In this document: positions 49,201 through 63,956 of the stretch, in pieces | Position numbering within the stretch: position 1 is the first letter of the stretch | Layout: the number at the start of each line of letters is the position of its first letter | DNA from: Octopus sinensis | Taxonomy: Eukaryota | Assembly (NCBI RefSeq): GCF_006345805.1 | Contig: NC_043001.1 | Span: 128,774,001 to 128,838,000 of the forward strand | Direction: 5' to 3' | DNA: 64,000 nucleotides | Made by a program: the position numbers and the translations under genes | Notes under the pieces: generated by a model | Databases searched by the model: none | The model's input: the letters and a program-made list of their open reading frames with translations, nothing else | Told to the model about the DNA's origin: nothing

Positions 49201-49738
49201 AACTCTATCACACATGTCCATACCACATCATCTTGTCATACGACTTCCCGATTATATGACATCAACATCACCCACATCATTACAGCACCATACGATTGAA
49301 CCACACACACACACACCAACATACCGCCACATCACGTCACACCACACACGCACACACGCATACACGCACGCACATATCACACCACACACAATCAAACAAT
49401 AACTAACCTTCCCCACCTTCGCATTCCCACAAACCCCCACCCTCGCCCAAAGAGTCAAGCAATCCATTAAGATAGAATTCAGTTTTTAATTACATTTGAT
49501 TATCAAGTCAATTTTGAGTCGGTCATTAAACTAACCTTAACTGGACACTAACTGCACAGTATTTTAAAAACGTTGCAATAATGAGGCAATGAGGGAAGCT
49601 ATACGTGATCACAAGATCTGCTAGAAATAACAGCCAAATCTGCCTTTAATCACACCTTACTTTCTTAACCCTTTAATATTTACACTGGCAAAATCTGGTC
49701 AAAATATTCTATTTGTTTTATGTTCAAACTGGCCAAGC

Positions 49739-49919
49739 CACTAGTGTAGCTAGAGGGGCAGATGTAGTAGGGGTGGTCTGCCCCGGGTGGCACTTTTAAA
49801 GAGTGGCACTTTTCATCAAGTTGTAGGCTATTGCTATAGGCAATGTGTTTTTTGTGGGGTCTGGGGGAAGCAAATGGAAGGGCTGACCCGGGGGAGCACA
49901 CACTCTAGCTACGCTAGTG
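49739..49919. mobile_element. hAT-type MITE nested in a TTAA-MITE starting at 49669
   Basis: TIR CACTAGTGTAGCTAGAG / CTCTAGCTACGCTAGTG; 8-bp TSD GGCCAAGC (49731-38, 49920-27). Confidence 0.9.
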
Positions 49920-50453
49920 GGCCAAGCCCTGCCTTTCACACCTGTCCTACAACGTCATTCTAAAAGTAAACAATCCCAAAATCTCAAAGCTACAAAATAT
50001 CATTTACTATTCTTTTGTCTTTCACCTGTTTCAGTAATTTGATTGTGGCCATGCTGGGGTACCACCTTGAAGGCTTTTAGTCAAACAAATCAACTCTAGC
50101 ACTTTTACTGAACTGCTATGTTATGGGGATGTAAACACACCAACACCAGTTGTCAAACAATGGTGGGGAACAACCACAGACACAAAGATATAATAGTAAT
50201 AATAATACTTTCTACTAAAGGCACAATGCCTGAAATTTTGGGGTTTGGCGGAGGGGGTTCATTCAATTAGATTGGCACCAGTATGCAACTGGCACTTAAT
50301 TTGTAGACCCAAAAGGATGAAAGGCAAAGCTGACCTCAGCGGAATTTGAACTCAGAACATAAAAACATGAAATGCCGCTAAGCATTTTGCCCAGTATGCT
50401 AATGACTCAGCCAGCTCACTGCCTTAATGATGATGATGATGATGATAGTAGTA

Positions 50454-50517
<64 letters not shown>

Positions 50518-50521
<4 letters not shown>

Positions 50522-50724
50522 CCTTTCTGCTATAGGTACAAGGCCTGAAATTTTGGGAGAGGGGACTAGTTGATTACATTGATCCTAGTGTTTCACTGGT
50601 TCTTACAGCATCCAAAAGGATGAAAGGCAATGTTGACCTTGGCAGAATCTGAACTCAGAACATAGTGGTGGGCAAAACACCACTAAACATTTCGTCTAGC
50701 ATGCTAATGATTCTGCCAGCTCAC

Positions 50725-50765
<41 letters not shown>

Positions 50766-51037
50766 TAATAATAATAATAATAATAATCCTTTCTATTATA
50801 GGCAAAAGGCCTGAAATTTGGGGGAGGGTGATAGTTGATTACATTGACCCCAGTGCTTAACAGGTAACTAATTTATCGACTCCAAAAGGATCAAGGCAAA
50901 GTCAATTTTGGCGGAATTTGAACTCAGAACAGTTGAAGACACACAAGATGTCGAAATATTGTTCACTAGATAACAACGGCACTCTTCTTTTAATTTTGAC
51001 TCTATATCTTCAGGAGGAGTTACCTCAATCCTTTCTA

Positions 51038-51076
<39 letters not shown>

Positions 51077-51100
51077 AAATGATAATAATAATAATAATAT

Positions 51101-51131
<31 letters not shown>

Positions 51132-51133
51132 AA

Positions 51134-51168
<35 letters not shown>

Positions 51169-51387
51169 TAATAATAATAATAATCCTTTCTGCTATAGGT
51201 ACAAGGCCTGAAATTTTGGGAGAGGGGACTAGTTGATTACATTGATCCTAGTGTTTCACTGGTTCTTACAGCATCCAAAAGGATGAAAGGCAATGTTGAC
51301 CTTGGCAGAATCTGAACTCAGAACATAGTGGTGGGCAAAACACCACTAAACATTTCGTCTAGCATGCTAATGATTCTGCCAGCTCAC

Positions 51388-51431
<44 letters not shown>

Positions 51432-51754
51432 TAATAATAATAATAATAATAATCCTTTCTATTATAGGCAAAAGGCCTGAAATTTGGGGGAGGGTGATAG
51501 TTGATTACATTGACCCCAGTGCTTAACAGGTAACTAATTTATCGACTCCAAAAGGATCAAGGCAAAGTCAATTTTGGCGGAATTTGAACTCAGAACAGTT
51601 GAAGACACACAAGATGTCGAAATATTGTTCACTAGATAACAACGGCACTCTTCTTTTAATTTTGACTCTATATCTTCAGGAGGAGTTACCTCAATCCTTT
51701 CTATACTACTACTACTACTACTACTACTACAAATGATAATAATAATAATAATAT

Positions 51755-51806
<52 letters not shown>
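50518..51806. repeat. Near-identical tandem duplication (period 663 bp) of two old OK-type SINEs (-) and (AAT)n/(ACT)n
   Basis: TAATCCTTTCTGCTATAGGTACAAGG at 50518 and 51181. Confidence 0.9.
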
Positions 51807-51807
<1 letters not shown>

Positions 51808-52360
51808 TGGATGGGCTAGTGATACCGTCAGGAGAGGTTATGAAGCAGATAGAAGAGATGGGCTATAAGTACTTGGGGATATTAGAAATAGATAAATCGA
51901 TGGAGAAATAAATGACAGACAAAGTTAAGGTGGAGTACTTGCACAGACTGAGACTGACCCTAAAGTCAAAATTAAATGGATGGAATAAGATTGAAGCTAT
52001 CAACACCTGGGTGGTTTCACTCCTTAGATCTGGATCTGGGATAAGCGCATGGCCAGTAGACGAACTAAACAGCTTAGGTAGAAAGACAAAAAAGTTGCTG
52101 ACTAGATATGGGATACTCCACCCAAAAAGTGACATAGACAGAGCGTATGTACCAAGAAAAAGAGGGGGAAGAGGACTGATTGGATGTGAACACAGCATTA
52201 GAACAGAAGAAAACAACATAGCATGGTATGGGTATGTAAAAAATGCCACAGAACCACTATTATTGGAAGTAAGAAGGTCAGGCTTGTGTAGAATAGAAGA
52301 TTGCATAGATAAAGCATTTTATAAGCACTTGAGAATGATTGAAAACTTTTACCACAATAG
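51807..52360 (+). pseudogene. R4/Dong-clade non-LTR retrotransposon RT C-terminal fragment
   Basis: GYKYLGILE, EYLHRLRLTLKSKLNGWNKIEAINTW, LHPKSDIDRAYVPRKRGGRGLI; begins right after (AAT)n. Confidence 0.85.
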
Positions 52361-52691
52361 AGGGAGGAAAAGAAATTATCTAGAAATAGTTTAATATTTA
52401 TACATATGATATACTTAAATACTAACTTATAAGATGGTTCTGTGAATATTGATCAATTGGTATATACTGGTATTTAATAGGTTTTTTTTAATGACTATAC
52501 TCACTATAAATTCTGTAAACTCCCTCAGCCCCATTCCTAACAGACATTGCTCCTTGTTCTCTTGGGCCTTAGATATAAACACTACTGATTCACTTGTTCC
52601 AAAAGACAAGTTGGTCAAGGTTAAAATCCCTTTGACCACAAGACTGCCTGATTAAGTTTATCTGAGGTTAAATGACAAATCTAAGGAGGAT

Positions 52692-52738
<47 letters not shown>

Positions 52739-52739
52739 C

Positions 52740-52777
<38 letters not shown>

Positions 52778-52883
52778 GTGTAATAATAATAATGATGATG
52801 ATGATGATAAAAATAATAATAATAATAATAATAATAATGATAATAATAATAATAATAATAATAATGATAATAATAATAATAAA

Positions 52884-53141
52884 AACAGAAACAATTTCTA
52901 TCATAGTAGGTGCATTAGGTATGATAAAAAAAATATTCAGACAAATACATAACAAAAATACCAGGACTTACAAACACATATAACGTACAGAAAATTGCAC
53001 TACTGGGCACTGCACACATCCTACACAAAACACTTTCAATACAGTAACCATCAGAGCATCACAACAAACCATAGCACATACCCAGGGCACACAGAGCTGC
53101 GCTCGGTAGTGAAGTGAAAGCACACTATAAAAATAAAACTA

Positions 53142-53150
<9 letters not shown>
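52884..53150 (+). mobile_element. R4/Dong 3' end (C-terminus plus 3' UTR) inserted in (AAT)n
   Basis: ISIIVGALGMIKK...VQKIALLGTAHIL.K.L*; flanked by (AAT)n on both sides. Confidence 0.82.
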
Positions 53151-53172
<22 letters not shown>

Positions 53173-53184
53173 TAATAATAATAC

Positions 53185-53393
53185 TGAAGACACAAGGCCT
53201 TAAAATTTTGGGGGAGGGGACTAGTTGATGACATCGACTCCGGTACTCAACTGATACTTAATTTATCGACCCCAAAAGGATGAAAGGCAAAGTCAACCTC
53301 AGCAGAATTTGAACTCAGAGCACAAAGACGAGTGAAATACTGCTAAGCATTTCATCCAGCATGCTAACGATTCTGCCAGCTCACCACCTTTAC

Positions 53394-53428
<35 letters not shown>

Positions 53429-53483
53429 TAATATAATAATAATAATAATGATGATAATGATAATAATAATAATAATAATAATG

Positions 53484-53541
<58 letters not shown>

Positions 53542-54025
53542 TAATTGTTTCAGATTTAGGGATGATGTCAGAAACTTTTGAGGGTAAGGGTTAGTAGATT
53601 ACATTGACCCAAATACTTGATTGGTACTTTATTTTACTGACCCTGAAGGGATAAAAGTTGACCTTGCTGAGATTTGAATCCAGAACATAATGATTCAGAA
53701 AAAAATCTTGTAAGGCATTTTTTCTGAAGCTGCAACAACTAAAAAACAACGATAACAACAACAACAACAACAACAACAATAACAACAATAATAATCCTTT
53801 CTACTATAGTCATAAGGCCTGAAATTCTGAGAAGAAGGGGAAGTCAATTCCATTGATCCTGGTACTTGACTGGTATTTTATTTTATCGACCCCCCCACCC
53901 GCCCAAAGGGATGAAAGGCAAGCTGACTAACATGGGATTTGAACCAAGAATATAAAATAACTGGAAGAAATGCCACCAAGCATTTTGTCAAATGATCTAA
54001 CAATCCTGCCAGCTTGGTGCCTTAA
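53185..54025 (-). mobile_element. Cluster of three diverged OK-type SINEs separated by (AAT)n/(AAC)n
   Basis: GGATGAAAGGCAAAGTC..., GATTCTGCCAGCTCACC. Confidence 0.75.
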
Positions 54026-54540
54026 TAATTATTATAATAATGGTTTTTCTTTCGATTGAAATGAAGGCAACAGCTGTGGGGACATAACAAGGACAAAATA
54101 CAAGTAAATGATGATGGTGATGGTGGTGGTAGTGGTGGTGGTAGTGGTGGTGGTGGTGGTGGAGTTTATGCATAATTGATGATGAAGAAAACGATCATGT
54201 GAAACAAAATTACAAGAGGAAATGAAATGAAATATTCCATTATGAGGAGAACTACCTAGGGCTAAACAAGGCACAACATATATCCATGATTACCAAAATT
54301 TTAAGTGCCCTATCACAGTTGTGTTCTTTGACTTACAGGGGACATGCTGAGTGGCCCCTGTAAGTGAGTGTCACTTGGGCCATATTCACCATTCTCATCC
54401 TGCTTTCAGCAAATTTACTTGAGAGTAGTATCTGCTTCACCCAAGTTTCTTCTAATGGTGCTTGAAGAAGTTAATGAGGGACTGGTTGAAGAAGGTTCAT
54501 CATTTAATCAAGAGGAAATGTAGTACTTAATACTCTTTAA

Positions 54541-54750
54541 CCCTTTTGTTACTAACCTGGCCCAAACCGGCTCTGGCTATGTGGTAAAATGTCTTGTTTT
54601 CATAAGTTTTGAATTAAAATATTCCACCAAGCCTTAGTCACAATTTACATTCCTAACACTAGCTTAATGATAACGAAGTTATTTTACTAAATTCTTTGTT
54701 ATATTCAAAGAAACACAGAGCATCTCAAAATAAATTCAGTAATGAAAGGG
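54541..54750. mobile_element. piggyBac-type MITE, 210 bp, inverted relative to 45763
   Basis: TTAA|CCCTTTTGTTAC ... GTAATGAAAGGG|TTAA. Confidence 0.88.
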
Positions 54751-55502
54751 TTAAAGAGCTTCTGAGATTGGTGGGAGGAAGGTACCCTCAAACTTAAGGT
54801 CTGGCTTGAATGCTTACAAAAATGGGGGTCTCCACTAGAGAGAGTTTAAGACCATATGGAGGAATAAAACCAAGTTATAAATTATGACTGTCCTCACTCC
54901 TTTTAATCCTTTAGCATTCAAGCCAGCCATATCCAGCCAAAATATTTTACCTGTTTCCTCTTAAAATCAGGCAGATCTGGCCTCTCACACCTATCCTACA
55001 ATGTCATTTTGTGCCGGTGGCACATAAAAAGCACCATCCAATCGTGGCTGTTGCCAGCCTCGTCTGGCACCTGTGCCGGTGGCACGTAAAAAGCACCCAC
55101 TTGCGTTGTAATTTTGAGCAAAAACACTTCATCTCACAATGCTCTATGATCACTTTGACACCTGACATGTGGCCAGCTACTTTGCATTTAACCTTTGTAT
55201 GTATAATTTCTCAGTTCCAGTTACTCACAATAAATGGACTTTGACAGGTACGTTTGGTGACTTTCCATGTATTTAATTTTTGTATATGCCCACCTCTCCT
55301 CCCTCCCTTATTTCCTCATCTCTTGCTTCTCCATATTCTCTAGCAACCCCACCTACTTACAATCCTCTCTCCTCTGTCTCCACTCCTACTCACCTTGTAC
55401 CTCGAGGGTATATCCTAGATACCTACTCCCTAATATTTTATTTCTTTTCTAACTCCACTCGATCCTTCATACCCTTTCTGGTAAATGTGAGTGGCCATAT
55501 AT

Positions 55503-55733
55503 ATTTCTTTACTACTCACAAGGGGCTAAACATAGAGAGGACAAACAAGGACAGACAGACGGATTAAGTCGATTACATCGACCCCAGTGGGTAACTGGTA
55601 CTTAATTTATCGACCCCGAAAGGATGAAAGGCAAAGTCGACCTCGGCGGAATTTGAACTCACAACGTAACGACAGACGAAATACCGCTAAGCATTTCGCC
55701 CGGCGCGCTAACGTTTCTGCCAGCTCGCCGCCT
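55503..55733 (-). mobile_element. OK-type SINE, young
   Basis: Near-consensus reverse-complement copy. Confidence 0.9.
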
Positions 55734-56089
55734 ATAACTCTGGCCATATAACTCTGCGACAATAAAAAAACCTGCTCGGCCCTCCCCACCCTTTTCTCAT
55801 ACTTTATCCTCTCGTTTCTTTGCATAAAGCTGTCCCCAGTATCGCTACCATCACCATCCTCCTTTGAGTTCGTAGTGCTGCAAGCTGTATGGTGACATCA
55901 CTTGTGCTGGTGACATAAAAATAGACACCCAGTGCATGCTGTAAAGTGCTTGGTGTTACGAAGGGCAACTTTCCAGAGAAACCATGCCAAAACAGACACT
56001 AGTGTGCAATGCAAATCTTGGACCCATTAGCTTCCATCATACCATTCAACCCCTGCCAGCATGGAATATGGGTATTAATTGATCTTATA

Positions 56090-56470
56090 TTTTTTCCTTG
56101 TTTCAGTCACTAGACTGCAGCCATGCTGGGGCACTGCCTTGAGGCATTTTCAGCTGAATGGATCAATCCCAGTTCCTTTTTTTTTATAAAGCCTGGTACT
56201 TATTCTATTGGTCATTTTTGCTGAAGTACTAAGTTACATGGGCATAAACATACCAACACCGGTTGTCAAGTGGTTGTGGTGGTGGTGGGGGACAAACACA
56301 GACACAGACATACACACACACACACATGATGGGCTTCTTTCAGTTTTTGTCTACAAAATCCACTCGTAAGGCATTGGTCGGCCTGGGGCTATAGTAGAAG
56401 ACACTTGCCCAAAGTGTGAGTGGGATTTCAACAGTTTCCTAAACCATGTGGTTGGGAAACAAGGTTCTTA
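56090..56470 (-). mobile_element. Diverged OR-type SINE
   Basis: Tail and head both present. Confidence 0.75.
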
Positions 56471-57574
56471 ACCACACAGCCACGCTTGCACCTGATGATG
56501 AGGAGGAGAAGGTGCCCATTGAACCAGAATTAAACTGGGCTCTCTAAAATCTAAACTAAGTCCTTGGTAGAGATTGTTTCCCAGAATGTTACTCAGCTTT
56601 AAGTAGAAATTTATTCATATACCTACACATAAACAGAATTTCAGTTTTTTTTTGTGGCATTGCGTCAGATTTTAAATTTTTCAGCCAGATATAAATTGCA
56701 CCTCATCAATTGACTAGAATAAGTGTTTGCAATTTAAACAAAACTCTAGCGTATAAGAATAAGAGGAAAGGCATGGCTATTACAGCTTCCGATCTCCTTT
56801 GTTCACCGTTATATTTCAAAGATCTCTTCAATTCAGATTTCAAGATGTATGTGTGCATATATGTGCTTGCATATGGGTGTGTATCTGTCCATTTGTATGT
56901 GTGTGTGTCTGTGTGTGTGCACATGCGTGTCTGTGTGTACGTGTGTATTTTTTATACTTTCATGTTCTTTTGAACACTAAATTGTACTAACAATAGAAAT
57001 GAGGAATGAATTTCTAATTTGCATATTTGATATGGCTATTGCGATATTTTATTGTTGTTGTGGTTAATGTTTGTGGTAGCTGTTACGTTTTTGGTTTTCT
57101 TTAGCAAGGTGGCAGTGGTGGTAGTTGGAGGTGGTGGTGGCTGGAGATAGTAGTGATAGTGATGATGGTTGGAGGTGATGGAAATGGTTGGAGGAGGTGG
57201 TGGTTGTGGTTATGTTAATGGTGATGGTGGAGCAGGTGGTGGTGGTGGTGGTGGTTATGGTAATGGGGAAGATGGAGGAGGTGGTGGTGATGGTGGTATA
57301 AATCGGCAGGTTTAAAGAGATCATTCCTCTGATTAACTCAGACACTTCCGCCATTCCAAGAGCTATGAAACTTTGCCTGCAGAGATGAATTCTGAAAGTT
57401 ATGGTCAGAGAGAGAAGAAAGAAAGAAAGAAAGTAAAAAAAAAAGAAAAAAAGAAACAAGTAACAAGAACACAGCAACAATAACAACAACAAAGAACACA
57501 CAATGAAAATACAAAACAAAAACAAATTATTATGAACCTGCCATTGTATTAATAATTCTTCCTTTATAGAATTT

Positions 57575-58145
57575 ACACACACACACACACACACCACACA
57601 CACACATACACACACACACGCACACACACACACTCACAAACACACATACTCACACACACAAACACACACACACACACACACACTCACAAACATGCACTCA
57701 CACACACATAATCACACTCACAAACACACATACACACACACACACACACACTCACAAACACACACACTCACACACACAAACACACACACACACCACACAC
57801 ACACACACACACTCACAAACATGCACTCACACACACATAATCACACTCACAAACACACACTCACACTCACAAGCACACATACACACACACACACACACAC
57901 ACTCACAAACACACACACTCACACACACAAACATACACACACACACACACTCACACACACACACACAAACATGCGCACACTTCCCCCATTAAACACACAT
58001 ACATGCATATACAAGCACCACATGTTTTTACACATGCACATACAGAAGTACACTCACACGCACACATGGACACACACACACACACATATACACATGCACA
58101 CACACACACTCACACGCACACACACATACACACACACACACACAC
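57575..58145. repeat. (CA)n-based compound repeat
   Basis: Directly visible. Confidence 0.92.
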
Positions 58146-59117
58146 TTCATTTTCATTTCATCATCATTAATTTAAGTTTTATGGTTGATCTTTTTTTTCC
58201 TTCTTTTTCTTTTCCATGATGACATGGGCAAACAGAAGGGGCCTTAACAAAAGCAGTACTGAGTGCTGCTGGACTCTAGATACCTTATAGTTTCACTCCT
58301 GCATGCCCTGAGTTCAATTCCCAGAGACTCTGATTTAAAAATTTCATTTCATAATCATGTGATTTCACATTCATTCCCATGGCTGGCAATGTTGCAAAAT
58401 GTTTCCTGCCACATAGACAGATTAGCCCAAACTTTGTGGGTGAAATTAGGCACATTAGGTTTGTCAGAGAGATTGAGTAAGTTGTTAGGTAGAAAAATTA
58501 ATCCACCAATTGGTCCTCCTCCTCCTCCTCCTCCACCGGCACCACCAACACCAGCAGCAGTAGCAGCAGCAGTAGCAGCAGCAGTACCACCACCACCACC
58601 ACCACCACCACCACTACTATAACCTGAGTTTGGGGTGCCTTTAGTAGAATGATGAGCTTCCATACAGTTTCTGCCAACCAAATTCACTCACAAGGCATTG
58701 GTCAGCCCAAAGCTATAGTAGAAGATGCTTGCTGAAGGTGCTGTGTGGTGGGAGTGAACCTGAAACTTCATGGTTGCAAAGTGAATTTTTTTTATTGAAA
58801 GGAAGCAGCCTTGACTCTTTATTTTTTCAGGGTCTCTAAGACTTGTTGGGTGGATGAAGACAGGGAGTTTATCCATAAATCAGGGATCTGGTTTAATCCT
58901 TCAGCATCCAGATTACTCTGTCAAATGCAATGCTTATTTATTCATGCTGTTTTGAATTAATCATGCATTCCTTGGAGCTTTGAGATTTCAATGATGTGAT
59001 TGTTTATTGTAGGGTAGCAGTGAGAAGCCTGATCTGGCTGGTTTTAATATAAATCATGTAGAATATTTGGACCCAGATAGGGCCAGTTTAAAAACAAAAG
59101 GCTTCAATGCTTGCCAT

Positions 59118-59350
59118 CACTAGCGTAGCTAGAGTGTGTGCCACCTGGAGTGCCCCTTCTGTTTGCCATCCCTGAACCCCACAAAAAACACATATTACCT
59201 ACAGCAACCTCCCCACAAAAAACACATATTACCTACAGCAACCTCCCCACAAAAAACGCATATTACCTACAGCAAAACCAAAAATGCCACCCTTTTAAAA
59301 GTGCTCGGGGTAGATCACTCCTACCACCCACCCCACTTGCTACACTAGTT
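59118..59350. mobile_element. hAT-type MITE (49739 family) with an internal 34-bp triplication
   Basis: TIR CACTAGCGTAGC / GCTACACTAGTT; 8-bp TSD CTTGCCAT (59110-17, 59351-58); CATATTACCTACAGCAA at 59191, 59225 and 59259. Confidence 0.88.
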
Positions 59351-59451
59351 CTTGCCATAGAAAAAACTTCACTGAAGGCACCCAAGGATCAGGTGATGGA
59401 TTAAGTCTACAACCGAAGGATATTGTTGACAGTCAAAATATTTGGTTAGAT

Positions 59452-59722
59452 GTGCCTCGTCTGGCACCTGTGTCGGTGGCACATAAAAAACACCATCCGA
59501 GCATGGCCGTTCGCCAGCCTTGTCTGGCACCTGTGTCGGTGGCACATAAAAAGCACCCACTACACTCATGGTGTGGTTGGCGTTAGGAAGGGTATCAAGC
59601 TGTAGAAACACTACCAGATCTGACTGGCCTGGTGTAGCCTCCTGGCTTCCCAGACCCCAGTTGAACCGTCCAACCCATGCTAGCATGGAAAGCAGATGCT
59701 AAATGATGATGATGATGATGTT
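59452..59722 (+). mobile_element. RTE-tailed SINE, 5'-truncated
   Basis: ...CCAACCCATGCTAGCATGGAAAGCAGATGCTAAATGATGATG. Confidence 0.8.
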
Positions 59723-60160
59723 CACTAGTCCTATCCTCCAAAGAACTAAAACAAGCACTTGGGAAATGTATGCAACAAACCATGTTTGATGCAGTCCTCC
59801 AACCACATGCATGCACACAACTATATGCACACTAGTGACCACTGAGTGGTGAAGTGTACATTGCAATCTCAAGCAAAGATTTGAGTGATGTATATCAAGT
59901 GTGGATGTTCAGTGCATTTGACAAGAACCTTGTGGAACAGATCTCTGCTGAAGAAGAAGTGATCATGGCTATTCAGCAACAACAACAACTACTACTGCTG
60001 CTGCTGCTGCTGCTACTACTACTACTACTACTACTACTACTAAAACACATCATCACCATTGGCAGTGGTGACAGTAGCAGCAACAACAACAACAACAGTA
60101 CATCATGATCATCATTAGCAGTTGCAGCAGCAGCAACTACTACTGCAGCTGCTGCTGCTG

Positions 60161-60213
<53 letters not shown>

Positions 60214-60443
60214 GCTGCTGTTGTTGTTAAGCAACAAGACGGGTAAGGGTGATTAGGTGATGGTCTAGGGCTTAGGGGTGGGAGGCCCCAGACCTTTGGA
60301 AAAAAAAAAGCCTTTGGTCATCTTGTTGTTGTCGAGGGCTCTTTGTTGACGCCCGACACCACTGGGAGGTGGCCCTCGAAGTCGCTGGAAATGAAGATCT
60401 CTAGGTTCAAATTCTTGAACGGCTACTGCTGCTGCTGCTGCTG

Positions 60444-60505
<62 letters not shown>

Positions 60506-60848
60506 GTTGCTGCTGCTAATACTAGGTTCGTTACATGATTTCAACTGAAAAAATAGAATGAAATCCCAAACAGCACTTGTGGTTTACAAGTCCAAAACTC
60601 TACCTATGCAGCCATTGCAACAAACTTTTTAGTTGCAATACTATGAAACTCTTAGAACAACTGTTGACTTTAACATTGTACATGTGAAATATATAAATTT
60701 CAAAGATTCTCAGTTAACCTCTATCTATAAATCACATCCAAAACATATCCCAATTACTTCAAGTGTTCAGATGAAAGAAAAAATATACATTTAATACAAA
60801 AATACAAAAGACACAAAGATATAAACTATATATAAATAATATATATAT

Positions 60849-60892
<44 letters not shown>

Positions 60893-61199
60893 AAAGAGAC
60901 AAAAATATAATTTATAAAAAATACTAAACAAAAATTAATAAACGGTTATATCAAAAATTTAGAAAACACAACTTTTCATACAAAAATTTATCAGATATTT
61001 TTAGCTGTTTTTTTTTTCTTTTTGTTTACTCCTTATGAATAATTTCAACAATATTTTTGGAGACAAATAAATAATTAAGTTTTAGACGTAAATGTAAATG
61101 TAAATATAAATAAAAGTACAATAATTTATATTATTATTGAGATAAAAAAAAAGAAAGAAACATGGTTTTATTTTTAACTTTTGACATCCTGTGTAACTT

Positions 61200-62302
<1,103 letters not shown>

Positions 62303-62823
62303 CTTCAGTGAAAAGAAATAAATATTGAAGTGATGCATACCTAGAGAGACTCAAACACATATTCGCACAGAAATGCATATGTCCACACAAGTACACATTT
62401 ACACACAAAAGTTTTCCTCCCCCCCACCATATATCCACATAGTTATGTATGTGTCTGTGTGTTGCAGAGAAACTAGTAGTAGTAGGAGGAGGAGGAAGAG
62501 GAGGAAGGAGCAAGGGAGTAGTAGAGATCAGATACATACACAGTCTCCCAAAGTCTCTTCGTTGTTATCATTGTCATCATTGTCACCATCATCGTCATCA
62601 TCATCATCGGTGAGCTGGTAGATTCGTTCGTACAATGGGCATGATGCTTAATTGCATTTTGTCTGTCTCTGTGTTCTGAGTTCAAATTCTGCTGAGGTTG
62701 ACTTTATCTTACATCCTCTTGGGGTTGATAAATTAAGAACCTACAAAACAGTAGGGTCGATGTAATCGACTGGTCCCCTCCTGTCAAAATTTCAGGCCTT
62801 GTGCCTATAGCAGAAAGGATTTT

Positions 62824-63181
62824 TATTACCTCAGCTTAGCAAAGGCGGAGGTATTGTTTTCAGTCATGTTTGTTTGTCTGTGGACAAGATATCTCAAGAA
62901 TGGCTGAATGGATTCAGATGAAACTTTCAGGGATGTTTGGCCTCATGACTGGCACAAATTGATTAGATTTTGGGATTGATCTGGTACTGGACAAGGATTC
63001 TGGATTATTTTTCCTGTTTTTTAATTAATTTTTGAGAGTGAGTGAATTCATTTTCAGTATTCTTGTTTGTGAGAGCAGTTGAGTTTATTTCAGATATTCT
63101 CATTTTAAAAATCATCCTTGGCTAATCATTGAGAGGACGTTGGTGTTGCCTTGGCAGAAGTTTGTGCTCTGAGTGTTCTTC
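62824..63181 (+). mobile_element. Helentron/HINE-like non-autonomous element
   Basis: 5' ATTACCTCAGC...AAGGCGGAGGT hairpin/sub-TIR, GTTT/GTCT repeats, 3' TTGGCAGAAGTTTGTGCTCTGAGTG; resembles recalled Helitron2 non-autonomous layout. Confidence 0.55.
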
Positions 63182-63262
63182 TTCTTCTTCTTCTTCTTCT
63201 TATTATTATTATTAATATTATTAATATTATTATTAATAATATTATTATTATTATTATTATTA

Positions 63263-63914
63263 AAGGTGGGGAGCTGGTAGAATCATTAGCATGCTAGGCA
63301 AAATGGCAAAATGCTTAGGGGCATTTCATCTGTCTTTATGTTTTGAGTTCAATTTCTGCTGGGGCTAACTTTGCCTTTCATCTTTTCAGGGTCAATAAAA
63401 TAGGTACCAGTTGAATACAGGAGTCGATGTAATCAACTAGGCCCCACGCCTCAAATTTCAGGTCTTATGCCTGCAGTAGAAAGGATTATTATTATTATTA
63501 TTATTATTACTATTATTGCCTGTAGAATTGTTAGCATGTCAAACAAAATGCTTAATAGTATTTCTTCCAGCTCTTCAGGTTCTGAGTTCAAATTCCAATG
63601 AGGTTGGCTTTGCCTTTCATGCTTCTGAGGTCATTAAATATAGTACCAATCAAGTACCGGAATCAGTGGATCTATAAATCTACTCTCACAAAATTTCTGG
63701 CTTGTGCCTGTATTATTAGAAAAGATTATTATTTTCATTTAGGTGGCAAGCTGACAGGATTGTTAACATGCAGGGCAAAATGATGAGTGGTATTACTTTC
63801 AAATTTGGTCAGCCCGAGGCTATAGTAGAAGACACTTGCCCAAGGTGCCATGCAGTGGGACTGAACCTGAAACCATGTGGTTGGTAAGCAAGCTACTTAC
63901 CACACAGCCACTCC

Positions 63915-63916
<2 letters not shown>
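63263..63916. mobile_element. Diverged OK-type SINEs (+) and an OR-type SINE head (-, 63800-63916)
   Basis: Family motifs. Confidence 0.75.

Positions 63917-63956
<40 letters not shown>

Noticed and set aside
50925-50975. Hammerhead-like GACA..TGTC-GAAAT-ATT (duplicated at ~51590)
   Set aside because: The 5' core reads CAGTTGA (two mismatches) at a SINE junction; too degenerate to call.
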